NCBI GenBank assembly: GCA_040377305.1
Contig: JBEIPA010000013.1
Coordinates: 32,001-96,000 of the forward strand
Length of the DNA: 64,000 nt
DNA from: Flavobacteriales bacterium
GTDB taxonomy: Bacteria; Bacteroidota; Bacteroidia; Palsa-965
Direction: 5' to 3'
Made by a program: the position numbers and the translations under genes. Below, piece after piece: positions 49,372 through 59,862 of this stretch. Every line of letters starts with the position of its first letter. Position 1 is the first letter of the stretch. Under the pieces are notes generated by a model. That model was not told the DNA's origin. It saw nothing but the letters and a program-made list of their open reading frames with translations, and did no database searches.

Positions 49372-50570
49372 TATGCGTGAACGTGTTTTATTACACCAAG
49401 TTCTTTACCCACTTTCTCAAACGCAGCAATTGCCTTGTCGAGATGCTCTTGCTCATGTGCTGCGCTGAGCTGAACTCGAATACGAGCCAGACCTTTCGGA
49501 ACAACCGGGAAGAAGAATCCGATCACGTAAATTCCTTCTGCCAGTAGTTGTTCTGCGAATTGCTGTGCAAGTTTTGCATCGTACAACATCACAGGAACAA
49601 TTGCAGAATCGCCTTTGCGATATTCGAGGCCGATGCGATCCATCCCTTGCTTGAAGTATTTTACGTTCGCTTCGAGCTTATCGCGCAAAGCAGTTGTTTC
49701 ACTCAGCATGTCGAATACAGCAATAGAAGCACCAACGATTGCAGGAGCCAATGAATTCGAAAACAAATAGGGACGGGAACGCTGTCGAAGCATCTCGATG
49801 ATTTCTTTTTTACCGGTTGTGAATCCACCCATCGCACCGCCCATAGCTTTACCGAGTGTGCCGGTGATAATATCCACTCTGCCCATGCAGTCGCCTGCTT
49901 CAATTGCACCGCGACCGGTTTTGCCAATGAAACCTGTTGCGTGTGATTCATCAACCATCACAAGTGCTTTGTATTTATCAGCGAGGTCGCAAATTTCTTT
50001 CATAGGAGCAACGTAGCCGTCCATAGAGAACACGCCATCCGTTACGATGATTTTAAAACGACAATTCGCAGCAGCCTGCAATTGCGCTTCAAGATCTGCC
50101 ATGTCGCAATTCTTATAACGAAAACGTTGTGCTTTACACAAGCGAACACCGTCAATGATTGAAGCGTGGTTTAGTTCATCAGAAATGATAGCATCGTTTT
50201 CTCCCAGCAAAGGTTCGAACACGCCGCCGTTTGCATCGAAGCAGGCAGCGTAAAGAATAGTGTCTTCTGTCTGGTGAAATTTCGCGATTTTATCTTCCAG
50301 TGTTTTGTGAATATCCTGTGTTCCGCAAATGAAACGAACAGATGACATTCCGTACCCGTGAGAGTCAAGCGCCTTCTGAGCGGCTTCTGTTACTTTCGGA
50401 TGAGAAGAAAGTCCGAGGTAATTGTTCGCACAGAAAATGATCACCTCTTTTCCGTTCACTTTCACCACCGCGCCCTGCGGAGTAGTGATTACACGTTCGC
50501 GTTTGAACAATCCTGCTTCGTCAATGGAAGCAAGTTCTTTCTTGAGAAAATCCTGAAATTCGCCGTACAT
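49371..50570 (-). CDS. kbl: Glycine C-acetyltransferase (2-amino-3-ketobutyrate CoA ligase)
   Basis: [35 protein letters not shown]; start set at MYGEF. Confidence 0.95.
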   Translation of the reverse strand: MYGEFQDFLKKELASIDEAGLFKRERVITTPQGAVVKVNGKEVIIFCANNYLGLSSHPKVTEAAQKALDSHGYGMSSVRFICGTQDIHKTLEDKIAKFHQTEDTILYAACFDANGGVFEPLLGENDAIISDELNHASIIDGVRLCKAQRFRYKNCDMADLEAQLQAAANCRFKIIVTDGVFSMDGYVAPMKEICDLADKYKALVMVDESHATGFIGKTGRGAIEAGDCMGRVDIITGTLGKAMGGAMGGFTTGKKEIIEMLRQRSRPYLFSNSLAPAIVGASIAVFDMLSETTALRDKLEANVKYFKQGMDRIGLEYRKGDSAIVPVMLYDAKLAQQFAEQLLAEGIYVIGFFFPVVPKGLARIRVQLSAAHEQEHLDKAIAAFEKVGKELGVIKHVHA

Positions 50571-50605
50571 AGGAATGAAAAAATTAGAGAGGTAAAAATA
50601 AGCAA

Positions 50606-51547
50606 CTATCGGCTGATTTGCTTCAAGGAAAAGCCTTGTTTCAGCAACCATTCTGCATAGGCACGATGTACATGCACAAGGGAGTTTTCATCTGGTTCAG
50701 CCTTATTTCCAACACGTTTCAGGATGAATAAGCGGTGGTGCCCATAATCGGGTTCAATTTTCCGTACCACTTCAAACTCCTCAGCAGCAATCGCACCGTT
50801 CGGGGCCGGGAACTTGTACATAGGACTTCTAACTTCAGTGAGTAAAAGTTCAGCCGCTGGTCGGAAGTCAAACCCATGATTTTTTCCCAGTGCATAAACT
50901 TCTTTCGCCTGTTTGGCATCAACTGTCCACGTTGCAATTTTTCCCGTGGATTCCAGCTGTCTACATGATTTCATTTGATGACGAAGCGACAGGATCATGT
51001 ATTCTTCTCCAACAAATCCGAACAGATCGATGGGAAATACGTTGAATTTTTCCCCGTCGGAAATTACGGCAGCACGAATTTCTCTCGGAGTGCTGTATTG
51101 CAGTTTGAGAAAGTCGTACTCGTATTTTGTGAGATCAATATTCCCGGGCTTCTTCTTTCGAAATAGTGAAAGAATACGATCATTAGATTGATGAACTTCC
51201 AACTCGAGATATTGTTTGCGTGATGAACACTGTACAATGGTCAGGTTCTTCTCACCGAGCTGAATTGTCTCTCGCGACCGGCCATCTACATAGCCTGCAA
51301 TTTCCTTTGACCTGACGTCAATTACTTCGAATGAATGCAGAGCATGCGAGTGCTCGTTACTGGAAATTCCGTTTGCTACAATCCCTAATAGTGGCGGCTT
51401 ATATCCTAAAAACAGTAGTTCGTGCTCTGAATGGTCGTTAACCGTTCTCACAGTTTTTAACGCTCGCTGCAAATCTGCTCGTCTTGCCGTTACGTATTCT
51501 GTTGGAAGCGTGATGCCTAACACTATTTTACGTAGAAACTTCCTCAC
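50606..51547 (-). CDS. Hypothetical protein with C-terminal flavin-reductase-like split-barrel region
   Basis: Start set at GTG (RKFLRK); NVFPIDL..LSLRH and G-H-x-LF motifs resemble Flavin_Reduct. Confidence 0.55.
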   Translation of the reverse strand: MRKFLRKIVLGITLPTEYVTARRADLQRALKTVRTVNDHSEHELLFLGYKPPLLGIVANGISSNEHSHALHSFEVIDVRSKEIAGYVDGRSRETIQLGEKNLTIVQCSSRKQYLELEVHQSNDRILSLFRKKKPGNIDLTKYEYDFLKLQYSTPREIRAAVISDGEKFNVFPIDLFGFVGEEYMILSLRHQMKSCRQLESTGKIATWTVDAKQAKEVYALGKNHGFDFRPAAELLLTEVRSPMYKFPAPNGAIAAEEFEVVRKIEPDYGHHRLFILKRVGNKAEPDENSLVHVHRAYAEWLLKQGFSLKQISR

Positions 51548-51614
51548 AAGTTGAAGTTCCGAATTCTTCACTGATGTTAAACAGCGACCACCAAATATCT
51601 TATTTTTACCCCGA

Positions 51615-52160
51615 TTGACGTCCGCAACTAAATATTCCGAAGAACAGCTCGTTGAGCGCCTTACCGCGCAGGACAAGGAAGCTTTTAGTTATCTCTACGA
51701 TAACTACTCGGGCGCACTCTATGGAACGCTCATTCGAATTGTGATTGACGAAGACGTTGCGCAGGATTTGCTTCAGGAGACTTTCGTTAAAATCTGGAAG
51801 AGTTTTACCTCGTACAATGCGCAAAAAGGACGTTTGTACACATGGATGGTGAATATTGCCCGCAATCTCGCGATTGATCACAAGCGTTCGCGTTCGTTCA
51901 AATCATCAGAGAAAAACCAAGACATTGATAAGTCCGTAGGTGCTATTAACAGGTCGCAAAAGACCGTGTTCAATATTGACCGTATTGGGCTGAAGGAAAT
52001 TGTTGAGAAGCTGAAGCCCGAGTCGAGAGAGATGATTAACCTGTTGTATTACTCCGGCTATACGCAGGAGGAAGCATCGAAGGAATTGAATATGCCTTTG
52101 GGAACTGTGAAGACAAGAACGCGAACGGCATTAATTGAATTGAGAAAACTGATTGGATAG
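51615..52160 (+). CDS. ECF sigma factor (SigK-like)
   Basis: AQDLLQETFVKIW, TWMVNIARNLAID, PLGTVKTR. Confidence 0.93.
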   Translation: MTSATKYSEEQLVERLTAQDKEAFSYLYDNYSGALYGTLIRIVIDEDVAQDLLQETFVKIWKSFTSYNAQKGRLYTWMVNIARNLAIDHKRSRSFKSSEKNQDIDKSVGAINRSQKTVFNIDRIGLKEIVEKLKPESREMINLLYYSGYTQEEASKELNMPLGTVKTRTRTALIELRKLIG

Positions 52161-52978
52161 TGGACGCTAAGCAACTCATAGAATCCGGATTACTGGAGAC
52201 CTACGCAATGGGACTCGCATCTGCAGAAGAGGCGAAGCTGGTTGTGGAAATGGTTGCGCGTTATCCGGAAGTGAAAGCAGAGCTTAGTGCGATTGAAGAA
52301 TCCCTTGAAAATTTTGATCGGAAGAATGCAGTGGAACCACCGGCGCATCTGAAAGAAGAAATTCTTGCTGGAGTTTCCGGTTCCCAGTTTCCGGTTTCTG
52401 GCAATGGAAAAAGGGAATCGAAGATCGTTGAGTTGCAGCCGAAATCGAATCAGTTCTACAAATTGGCCGCGATGGCGGCAAGCGTCGCTTTAATTTTTGG
52501 AATATTTTATGTGCAGAGATTGAAGGAAGATGTCGAGAATTTGCAAAACGAAGTAGCGTCCATCAATGAAGATCGTGTAGCTATGACAATCGCTCTTCGT
52601 AATAGTGATTCGTTCGCTACTAAGCTTCAGAACGACATTGCCTTGTTGTCTAAACCTGGAATGAAAAGCATAGAGCTTAAAGGAATGGCTGATGTTGCTC
52701 CCGACGCAAAAGCTATGGCGTATGCAAATACATCAACGGGCGAAGTATATCTCGAGATCATGAATTTACCGGAAACTCCCGAAGGAATGCAATATCAGTT
52801 CTGGGGAATTGTAGATGGCAAACCGGTAGATGCAGGCATGATCACGTTCGATGAATTTGCTTTTACAATGCGCGAGATGAAAGTTGTTCCAAACACAACC
52901 GCATACGCAATTTCCCTCGAACCGAAAGGTGGTTCTCAATCACCAACGGGGAAGATTTACGTGATGGGGAATTCGTAG
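52160..52978 (+). CDS. Anti-sigma factor (RskA-like)
   Basis: IESGLLETY.MG, single TM, QYQFW...AISLEPKGGS.SPT; coupled to sigma gene. Confidence 0.9.
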   Translation: MDAKQLIESGLLETYAMGLASAEEAKLVVEMVARYPEVKAELSAIEESLENFDRKNAVEPPAHLKEEILAGVSGSQFPVSGNGKRESKIVELQPKSNQFYKLAAMAASVALIFGIFYVQRLKEDVENLQNEVASINEDRVAMTIALRNSDSFATKLQNDIALLSKPGMKSIELKGMADVAPDAKAMAYANTSTGEVYLEIMNLPETPEGMQYQFWGIVDGKPVDAGMITFDEFAFTMREMKVVPNTTAYAISLEPKGGSQSPTGKIYVMGNS

Positions 52979-53093
52979 CTTATAGTACGCGGATTGAGCT
53001 GATCGGGCGGATCACGTAGGATATTTTTCACAAGACATCGGCACATCGGAAATCGAAAATCGGCACATCGGATTTCGTACCTTCGGTTCCCTT

Positions 53094-54254
53094 ATGAAAA
53101 AGAAAATCATGCTTCTCGGTTCGGGCGAACTCGGAAAAGAATTTACTATCGCCGCGAAACGACTCGGTCAACATGTAATTGCAGTTGATTCGTATGATCA
53201 TGCTCCGGCAATGCAGGTTGCTGATGAACGGGAAGTGATCAACATGCTTGATGGCAATGCGCTCGATGCGATTGTAGATAAGCATCGTCCTGATTTGATT
53301 GTACCGGAGATTGAAGCCATTCGCACGGAACGTTTTTACGATTACGAATCGAAAGGAATACAAGTTGTACCGAGTGCGAAGGCAGCGAACTTCACGATGA
53401 ACAGAAAAGCAATTCGTGATCTCGCAGCGAAAGAATTAGGATTGCGTACTGCGAAGTACGATTACGCAACTACCCTCGAACAATTCCGCGAAGCCATTGA
53501 TGCAATCGGAATTCCCTGCGTAGTAAAACCGCTCATGTCTTCATCCGGTAAAGGACAAAGCGTGGTGAAGTCGTATGATGACATTGACAAAGCCTGGCAA
53601 TATGCCATGAGCGGAACACGCGGAGATTTGCTCGAAGTAATTGTGGAAGAGTTTGTGAAGTTCGAGTCTGAAATCACATTGCTTACAGTAACTCAGAAGA
53701 ACGGCAACACACTTTTTTGTCCGCCGATTGGTCACAGACAGGAGCGCGGCGATTATATGGAAAGCTGGATGCCGCATCCGATGTCGAACGCGCATTTGAA
53801 CGAAGCGGAAGAGATGGCAGGAAAAGTTACCCGTGCTTTAGGTGGAGAGGGAATATGGGGAGTAGAATTTTTCCTTGCGGAGAACGGAGTTTATTTCTCC
53901 GAGCTTTCACCGCGCCCGCATGATACGGGTATGGTGACGTTAGCGAATACGCTTCCGCTGAACGAATTTGAATTGCATTTGCGTGCTGTTCTTGGATTAC
54001 CCATTCCGGATATCACTTTGCAAAGAGCAGGAGCGAGTGCGGTGGTTCTCGCCAGTACAGAGGGTGTTCCGAATATCAGCGGGCTCAACGATGCACTGAA
54101 CGAACCGCTTGTCGATGTAAAAGTTTTTGGCAAACCGGTTACTCGTCCGTACCGACGTATGGCTGTTGCACTAGCGTGGGACAAACCGGGAACGGACATC
54201 AAGTTACTTGTTGCGAAAGCGCAAAGTGTAGCGGCGAAAGTGAAAGTGCATTGA
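53094..54254 (+). CDS. purT: Formate-dependent phosphoribosylglycinamide formyltransferase
   Basis: [34 protein letters not shown]. Confidence 0.96.
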   Translation: MKKKIMLLGSGELGKEFTIAAKRLGQHVIAVDSYDHAPAMQVADEREVINMLDGNALDAIVDKHRPDLIVPEIEAIRTERFYDYESKGIQVVPSAKAANFTMNRKAIRDLAAKELGLRTAKYDYATTLEQFREAIDAIGIPCVVKPLMSSSGKGQSVVKSYDDIDKAWQYAMSGTRGDLLEVIVEEFVKFESEITLLTVTQKNGNTLFCPPIGHRQERGDYMESWMPHPMSNAHLNEAEEMAGKVTRALGGEGIWGVEFFLAENGVYFSELSPRPHDTGMVTLANTLPLNEFELHLRAVLGLPIPDITLQRAGASAVVLASTEGVPNISGLNDALNEPLVDVKVFGKPVTRPYRRMAVALAWDKPGTDIKLLVAKAQSVAAKVKVH

Positions 54255-54266
54255 TTGTACATTCGC

Positions 54267-54341
54267 TTATAGACCAAGCATCAGCATCAGCGGAGTAATC
54301 AGCACCACTAGTACGAGCAGAAAGAGCGGAGGGAATTTCAT
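54267..54341 (-). CDS. Putative 24-aa hydrophobic peptide MKFPPLFLLVLVVLITPLMLMLGL
   Basis: Hand-translated; A-rich initiation region caacctaaaacaaaaagccATG. Confidence 0.45.
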   Translation of the reverse strand: MKFPPLFLLVLVVLITPLMLMLGL

Positions 54342-54472
54342 GGCTTTTTGTTTTAGGTTGTTATTACTTGTTAGATGTGCAATTCTTAGACCGGTTTAAT
54401 CGTTTCTCGCTAAGGTTTACAAGTGGCATTGTCAACTCAACAAGTGGGCACTTTGGGGTCAGGTTATTAAAG

Positions 54473-55132
54473 CTATTCCCGGCGCAGTAGCTCGATATCA
54501 GCGATCAGTTGTTCTACATCCAGCTGAATTGTGCCATTGTATATTCCGCGAATACGACCGGTTTTGTCAACCAGAATGAAATGCTCGGTGTGCAAGAACT
54601 CTGTACTGTCTTTCGTAAATCCTAATTCCTGTTCTGCGAAGTACGACTGGCGTGCGAGATTGTAGATTTCACTTTTCGGTCCGGTAAGAAAATGCCAGTT
54701 GTCAAAGTTGATGTCTTTGCCTTCGGCGTAATTTTTCAAAACCGGAACGCTATCCTGCCACGGCGTTACGCTGTATGACATCATCACCACATCACTGTCG
54801 TTTCCATAAGCGTTTGCAACAAGTTTCATGTGATCCGTCATTCTTGGGCAAATGCTGCCGCAGCTGGTGAAGAAGAAATCAGCAACATGAATTTTTCCGG
54901 TGAGATCATTACGCGTGATGACTTCTCCGTTTTGATTCTGTAAACTGAAGTGTGCAATGCGATGTGTGATCATGATTGCCGCTTCGCTGGGCTTATTGAA
55001 AAAGTGCGGAGTAAAATCAGGTGTATTGAAATAGGGCATCTGATCTTTCTGCATGGTAGACGTTTCACGGGCGTCTGAATTCAAACAACCTGTGAATGCA
55101 ACACTGCTAAGGACTGACGCTGTCAGCAACAT
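54473..55132 (-). CDS. SCO1/SenC family copper chaperone (lipoprotein)
   Basis: FFFTSCGSICP and distal His (FLHTE); start uncertain (55132 or 55162). Confidence 0.9.
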   Translation of the reverse strand: MLLTASVLSSVAFTGCLNSDARETSTMQKDQMPYFNTPDFTPHFFNKPSEAAIMITHRIAHFSLQNQNGEVITRNDLTGKIHVADFFFTSCGSICPRMTDHMKLVANAYGNDSDVVMMSYSVTPWQDSVPVLKNYAEGKDINFDNWHFLTGPKSEIYNLARQSYFAEQELGFTKDSTEFLHTEHFILVDKTGRIRGIYNGTIQLDVEQLIADIELLRRE

Positions 55133-55724
55133 TAACACAGTTTTCGGTGCCAAAAAGTCCATAACGTTTATTGTTTTTAATGACGTAGTTCGATTTGATT
55201 TGTCCGCCCGGAAACCAGATTTGTTGTTTGCCATTTTCATGTCCTGCAACGAAATGCTGTGAGCGAAATAGTTGTCCGTTTGAGTACCACTCGATGTATT
55301 CACCTTCGTAAATATCTTTTCCGTAGTGATAAATGAATCGCGGGGTTCCGTTGCTGTACCATCCGAAATGCGTTCCTTCTTTTCTCCCATCAATATACTT
55401 TCTCACTTCACAAAGCATTCCGTTGTCGTACCAGCTTCTCGATTCACCATGCTCTTTTCCGTTGCGGTATTGAGTGGTCTTGATCGTATCACCACCCGCA
55501 TTCAGAAAGAAGAGGACTCCGTGTGCAACTTCACCATTTACACTGGTGATCCCGCGGCGGGAAGAGATCTGTACACTGTCACCGTTTCTCCATCGGTAAA
55601 CGGGTACAGATCCTTCCGTGCGACAGGAGGCAATGATACTGATTGCCGCCACGAGAGCAACCGTCGCGTAAGTTGCTGCTTTAATGTGACCACGTTCCCT
55701 GAACTCCATAATATCCGTTGCCAT
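55107..55724 (-). CDS. MORN_2/YwqK-type repeat lipoprotein
   Basis: IIASC lipobox; WYDNG, WYSNG repeats; start uncertain. Confidence 0.8.
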   Translation of the reverse strand: MATDIMEFRERGHIKAATYATVALVAAISIIASCRTEGSVPVYRWRNGDSVQISSRRGITSVNGEVAHGVLFFLNAGGDTIKTTQYRNGKEHGESRSWYDNGMLCEVRKYIDGRKEGTHFGWYSNGTPRFIYHYGKDIYEGEYIEWYSNGQLFRSQHFVAGHENGKQQIWFPGGQIKSNYVIKNNKRYGLFGTENCVNVADSVSP

Positions 55725-56451
55725 TGATGTAAGGGATGTCTGCTGTAATGTGGTAATGGTAAGTTCCGTTCGGATAATCTTCCGTTACTCCGTAATGGCC
55801 GTGGTACACATCAAGATCTGCACTCGTCAGCACCACATTATTTTCCATGGGGCCATAGATCGGAAATCCATCGAGCATGAATCCCATCAATGCATCTGCA
55901 CCTTGATTGGTGGTGAGGAAATTCGGTTCTATGTGATAGTGATACTCATTCATCGGTGTGGGATGTCCACCGTATAAATCGAACGAAACATATTCGCCGC
56001 TCGTAGTTGTGATGAGTTGGTTCTGCGCCTGGTATTGATTGAAGAATGCAATACCATTCAGCGCAACTCCGATTGTTGCCGCAGTCAATGCGGTGTGTGT
56101 ACTTGCTTCTGTCGGATTAAGCGGCAGGCGGAAGGTGGTGTTTGTAGTTGCAACTAGATTTCCCGGTGCCTGATTAAAACCAACACGTGTATCGTCGATC
56201 CACATGGTGCTTTCCCATTGTGTATTGAGGAAGTACGGACTCTGGTGATCAGGAACTCCGTTCGTCTTGATCACAATGTAATCACCATCGATGTACATGT
56301 CGGTTGCGCCATAGATTTTCTCATATACTGCGGGCACATCTTCATCGGAAGTAGCAGAAAGATCAACATCATCTTTTTTACATGCTGTGAATGCTGTAGC
56401 GGCGAGGAGAAAAATAAAAACGTTTTGGGTGAAGTGGGCTGGGCGATGCAT
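55681..56451 (-). CDS. YHYH-domain lipoprotein
   Basis: FTAC lipobox; EYHYH and TYHYH motifs; GVALNG, DGFPIYGP. Confidence 0.9.
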   Translation of the reverse strand: MHRPAHFTQNVFIFLLAATAFTACKKDDVDLSATSDEDVPAVYEKIYGATDMYIDGDYIVIKTNGVPDHQSPYFLNTQWESTMWIDDTRVGFNQAPGNLVATTNTTFRLPLNPTEASTHTALTAATIGVALNGIAFFNQYQAQNQLITTTSGEYVSFDLYGGHPTPMNEYHYHIEPNFLTTNQGADALMGFMLDGFPIYGPMENNVVLTSADLDVYHGHYGVTEDYPNGTYHYHITADIPYINGNGYYGVQGTWSH

Positions 56452-56558
56452 AGTTGTACGATTTAAATTATACTTCCTTAACGCATCGACGTTTCAGAAT
56501 GTTTTAATAAAACACAGGTTGGCGGAGAATGAAAGTTTTTGTGCGGTGAATCAAACGT

Positions 56559-56593
56559 AAAAGTCCCGACTCACTTTCGTGGTCGGGACTTTT
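56559..56593 (-). terminator. Intrinsic terminator (symmetric A/T tails)
   Basis: aaaagtcccgac...gtcgggactttt. Confidence 0.75.
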
Positions 56594-56614
56594 CGTCTCA
56601 AGGTTATGCCACTA

Positions 56615-58342
56615 TTATTCTACGATGAGCTGCTCCGTTACTTTAGCAGTACCCGTGTAAACATTAACAAAGTAAACGCCTGAAGTGAAGTTCTTCAGAT
56701 CAACGTAAGTTGCTGTTGATGTTGCAGTCGTTGTGTAAACAACTTGTCCAAGTGTGTTTGTGATTTCAACGACCTGATCTACGGCTGTAGATATTACTAC
56801 TGACTCGTTTGCCGGATTCGGGAACAAGGAAACATGAGGAGGTCCGGGAATAGAAGGAACACTTGCAGCCGGATCAATGACAACGGGAGTTCCCATTGTA
56901 GCCAGAGGAATGTTTACCATCTGACCATCGATTGCTCTCACGTTCGACAGTGTCAGATTCATTGTACTCATCGTACTCACGTTTGCAGCAGTGAATGTCA
57001 CTGTTCCAATGTAACCGTATCCATTCACTTCAGTGTGTGTGGTGCGACACATTGCAATGTCGTTAGTTCCCGTTGCAGAATTGTCGTGTGCGAAACCTAA
57101 CATGCTGGTGTTTTTGATTCCCACCATTGATCCTGCGAAAGATGTGCTGGTGGATCCGGTCTGCACGAGCATGTTGTCGTAGACCAGTGTGAAAGAAATA
57201 CCATATAAATTATTCACTGGCATTGCTTGCGATCCCATATAAACATCAGCGGTAATTACACCTCCCGGAGCAACGGTGTCGGTGATTACGTCGAGGTAAA
57301 GCGTAGGCGCCGTAAGCGGATCAACTTGAGGTAATTCTAAACGGAACGTGTGGGTTTGCAAATAGTTCTGTGAAATTGCAAGCGTGTCGTTTATGTCGAC
57401 AATTCCGTCACCATTTGTATCCGCGTGTTTGTAGTTCGCACCGAGTGGTACAGACTGCGACCAGTCTGCAGATGCTTCTGCTTGCCACGAAGTAGTTGCA
57501 CCTACGCGTGGAGTTCCCGTTGCGCCGTATGCTACACCAAGTGTGAGAACATCCATGTTGTTCGCTTGCAAATCGTAGTCAGCGTCGCCGGGCCAAACGT
57601 TTGGAGTTGGCGCACCGAAACACGATACATCGATGTACGTGTAACCAAAGTGTCCGCTGAATGCGCAATCGGAATTGACAAATTCAATGGTGACAGTCTG
57701 GCCAACAAGCGAAGAAAGATCAATGCTCAATGGAGTCCAGCGACGATACAGGTGTGAAAAGTTTGCACCAGAAATGATATAAGGAACACTTGGGTCGCCT
57801 GCCCAGATGGTGTCACACAATGCTACAACAGGTGTTCCTGTCTGGTCAAGTACATTGACCATGAAGTACGGTTGCATATCCCACACGTGCGAAGGATCTT
57901 CCATCACAGAAGCGAATTGAAACTGAAACCAGTTGTTGTTCGCAGTTACAGTATACGGAAGCATGAGTTTCTCACATTCAGCTCCGGGCAATGCATTACC
58001 TAAACGCACAGAGGCGATTCCACCCCCGGGCGCAAGTGTTGTCATTTGCGTATCGGGCAGCATCGTTATAGGATCAGTCACAACTGAATCGATCTGATTC
58101 ACTGTAATGATTGTATGACGAGCTGTTGCGTTGTATACCGAGGCATTGTTGCCGTTGGAAATCAAACCTGCAGACCACGGAACACTTGTAAGAACACCCG
58201 AGTTTGTTCCGGTTGCACCTGTCCAGCCTACAAATGTGCTGTCGTCGAAATCCTGGTTGTTGCAATTGGATTGTGCATGCACACCTACGGAAGAGGCGAT
58301 AAGTGTACACGCAAGAATAGTTTTGAGTAGAGGTTGTTTCAT
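56615..58342 (-). CDS. T9SS type A cargo with dockerin-like Ca-binding loops and cohesin-like domain
   Basis: Signal peptide; WPGDADYD and ADTNGDGIVDIND; LFPNPA...GVYFV C-terminal domain. Confidence 0.85.
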   Translation of the reverse strand: MKQPLLKTILACTLIASSVGVHAQSNCNNQDFDDSTFVGWTGATGTNSGVLTSVPWSAGLISNGNNASVYNATARHTIITVNQIDSVVTDPITMLPDTQMTTLAPGGGIASVRLGNALPGAECEKLMLPYTVTANNNWFQFQFASVMEDPSHVWDMQPYFMVNVLDQTGTPVVALCDTIWAGDPSVPYIISGANFSHLYRRWTPLSIDLSSLVGQTVTIEFVNSDCAFSGHFGYTYIDVSCFGAPTPNVWPGDADYDLQANNMDVLTLGVAYGATGTPRVGATTSWQAEASADWSQSVPLGANYKHADTNGDGIVDINDTLAISQNYLQTHTFRLELPQVDPLTAPTLYLDVITDTVAPGGVITADVYMGSQAMPVNNLYGISFTLVYDNMLVQTGSTSTSFAGSMVGIKNTSMLGFAHDNSATGTNDIAMCRTTHTEVNGYGYIGTVTFTAANVSTMSTMNLTLSNVRAIDGQMVNIPLATMGTPVVIDPAASVPSIPGPPHVSLFPNPANESVVISTAVDQVVEITNTLGQVVYTTTATSTATYVDLKNFTSGVYFVNVYTGTAKVTEQLIVE

Positions 58343-58407
58343 CTAAGATGTATTTCGTTTGCTAATGCAAAATACAGAAAGGAAAGCAGCCATCCAACGC
58401 GGTTTTA

Positions 58408-58701
58408 ACGCGGATTTTGATGTCCGAGGATTGCTAGGCGTATTTATGGATGATTCTGCTGATTAGGAAGGGTGGGTTTTGGATTTTATGAGATAAGCTC
58501 AAGAAGGTGGTCATTGGGTGTTCAAACAACGTTAACCAGCTTTTCTGTCGTTAGAAAGAACCTTGCGCTTGAATTGCGGTTCGGTTCCAAAATTCAACAG
58601 CTGATTAAGCTTATCTCATAAAATCCAATTCCGCGCTTGTAGTATATACAACACTCATCCCTTCAAGGAAATTAACACGCAACGGACATCAAAATCCGCG
58701 T
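58408..58701. mobile_element. MITE-like nested inverted-repeat element (long copy)
   Basis: Perfect 19-bp outer IR (58408-58426/58683-58701) and perfect 21-bp inner IR (58479-58499/58608-58628). Confidence 0.65.
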
Positions 58702-58712
58702 CCAATTTCCCG

Positions 58713-59810
58713 TTAGTTCAACCGAAACATCTTCCCCGGCAAAGACTTCACCGCTCCTGCAAACTCCAACTGCAAAAGCATCGCAGAAACTTTTCCCATA
58801 GGCAATTCCGACATCAAACGAATTTCATCGATGTGTACGTTGCCCATTCCGCGCATACACGCAACGACTTTTTCTTCATCGCCTGAAAAAGTTTGTAAGG
58901 TGGTTTGAACAACTTTGGATGCATCCGGTTTTTCCCAGCCCATGGCATAAGCTACATCATCTGCAGAATCAATCAATGCAGCTTTGTTGCGCTTGATCAT
59001 GGCATGACAGCCTGCTGATGCGGCTTCACCAACTCTTCCGGGAAATGCAAACACATCGCGGTTGTAGTTCATTGCGAATTCTGCGGTGATCATTGAACCT
59101 CCGCGTTCACCCGATTCAACCACAATCACGGCATCGGAAAGTCCGGCAACAATTCGGTTACGCTGCGGAAAATTTTCACGATCCGGGTTTGTTTCACAGG
59201 GAAAATCGGTGAGTAAACCACCTTGCGAAATCATTTTCTTCGCAGTGCCGGCATGAACACGTGGATAAACTTCATCGAGTCCGTGCGCGAGTACTCCAAC
59301 CGTATCGAGCCCTTGGTCCAATGAAGCACGGTGAGCACAAATGTCGACTCCATACGCCAGTCCGGACACGACCAGCACATTGTATTTCACTAAATCGGCA
59401 ACGAGCTTTTCGCAAAGTTGTGTTCCGTAATCTGTAATTTGACGGGTACCGATGATGGAAACAATTCTCTTCGCATTCAGGTCAGCAGATCCTTTGTAGT
59501 AGAGCAGAGGAGGAGAGTCGTAGCAATGCTTCAAACGCGACGGATAGTTCGGTTCCGTGAAATACAACATTTGAATTCCGGTTTTCTCAATGCGCTGCAA
59601 TTCCTTTTCCGCTTTCGCGCGATAGTCACGATCGGTTACCAGCTTGGCCGTAATTGTTCCGATACCGGGAATAGTTTCCAGGAGCTTTTTCTTCTCACGA
59701 AAAACAGCTTCGGCACTGCCACAATGCAATACCAATTTTTTAGCAATCACGGGTCCAATGCCCGGAATCATCGTCAGAGCGATACGCCCTGCATATTCGT
59801 CGAAACACAT
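58713..59810 (-). CDS. dprA: DNA-processing protein DprA
   Basis: IIGTR, VSGLAYGVD, FPQRNRIVAGLS, VVES..GGSMITA. Confidence 0.96.
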   Translation of the reverse strand: MCFDEYAGRIALTMIPGIGPVIAKKLVLHCGSAEAVFREKKKLLETIPGIGTITAKLVTDRDYRAKAEKELQRIEKTGIQMLYFTEPNYPSRLKHCYDSPPLLYYKGSADLNAKRIVSIIGTRQITDYGTQLCEKLVADLVKYNVLVVSGLAYGVDICAHRASLDQGLDTVGVLAHGLDEVYPRVHAGTAKKMISQGGLLTDFPCETNPDRENFPQRNRIVAGLSDAVIVVESGERGGSMITAEFAMNYNRDVFAFPGRVGEAASAGCHAMIKRNKAALIDSADDVAYAMGWEKPDASKVVQTTLQTFSGDEEKVVACMRGMGNVHIDEIRLMSELPMGKVSAMLLQLEFAGAVKSLPGKMFRLN

Positions 59811-59862
59811 AGTACTTAACAAACTTTTATTTTACATTGCAATAACATTCCGCTCCATTGTG

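Noticed and set aside
59644-59862. N-terminal extension of the TonB-dependent receptor overlapping dprA (similar extensions on kbl, SCO, 50606-51676 and 5238-6164)
   Set aside because: Downstream starts give proper signal peptides or family N-termini and remove the overlaps
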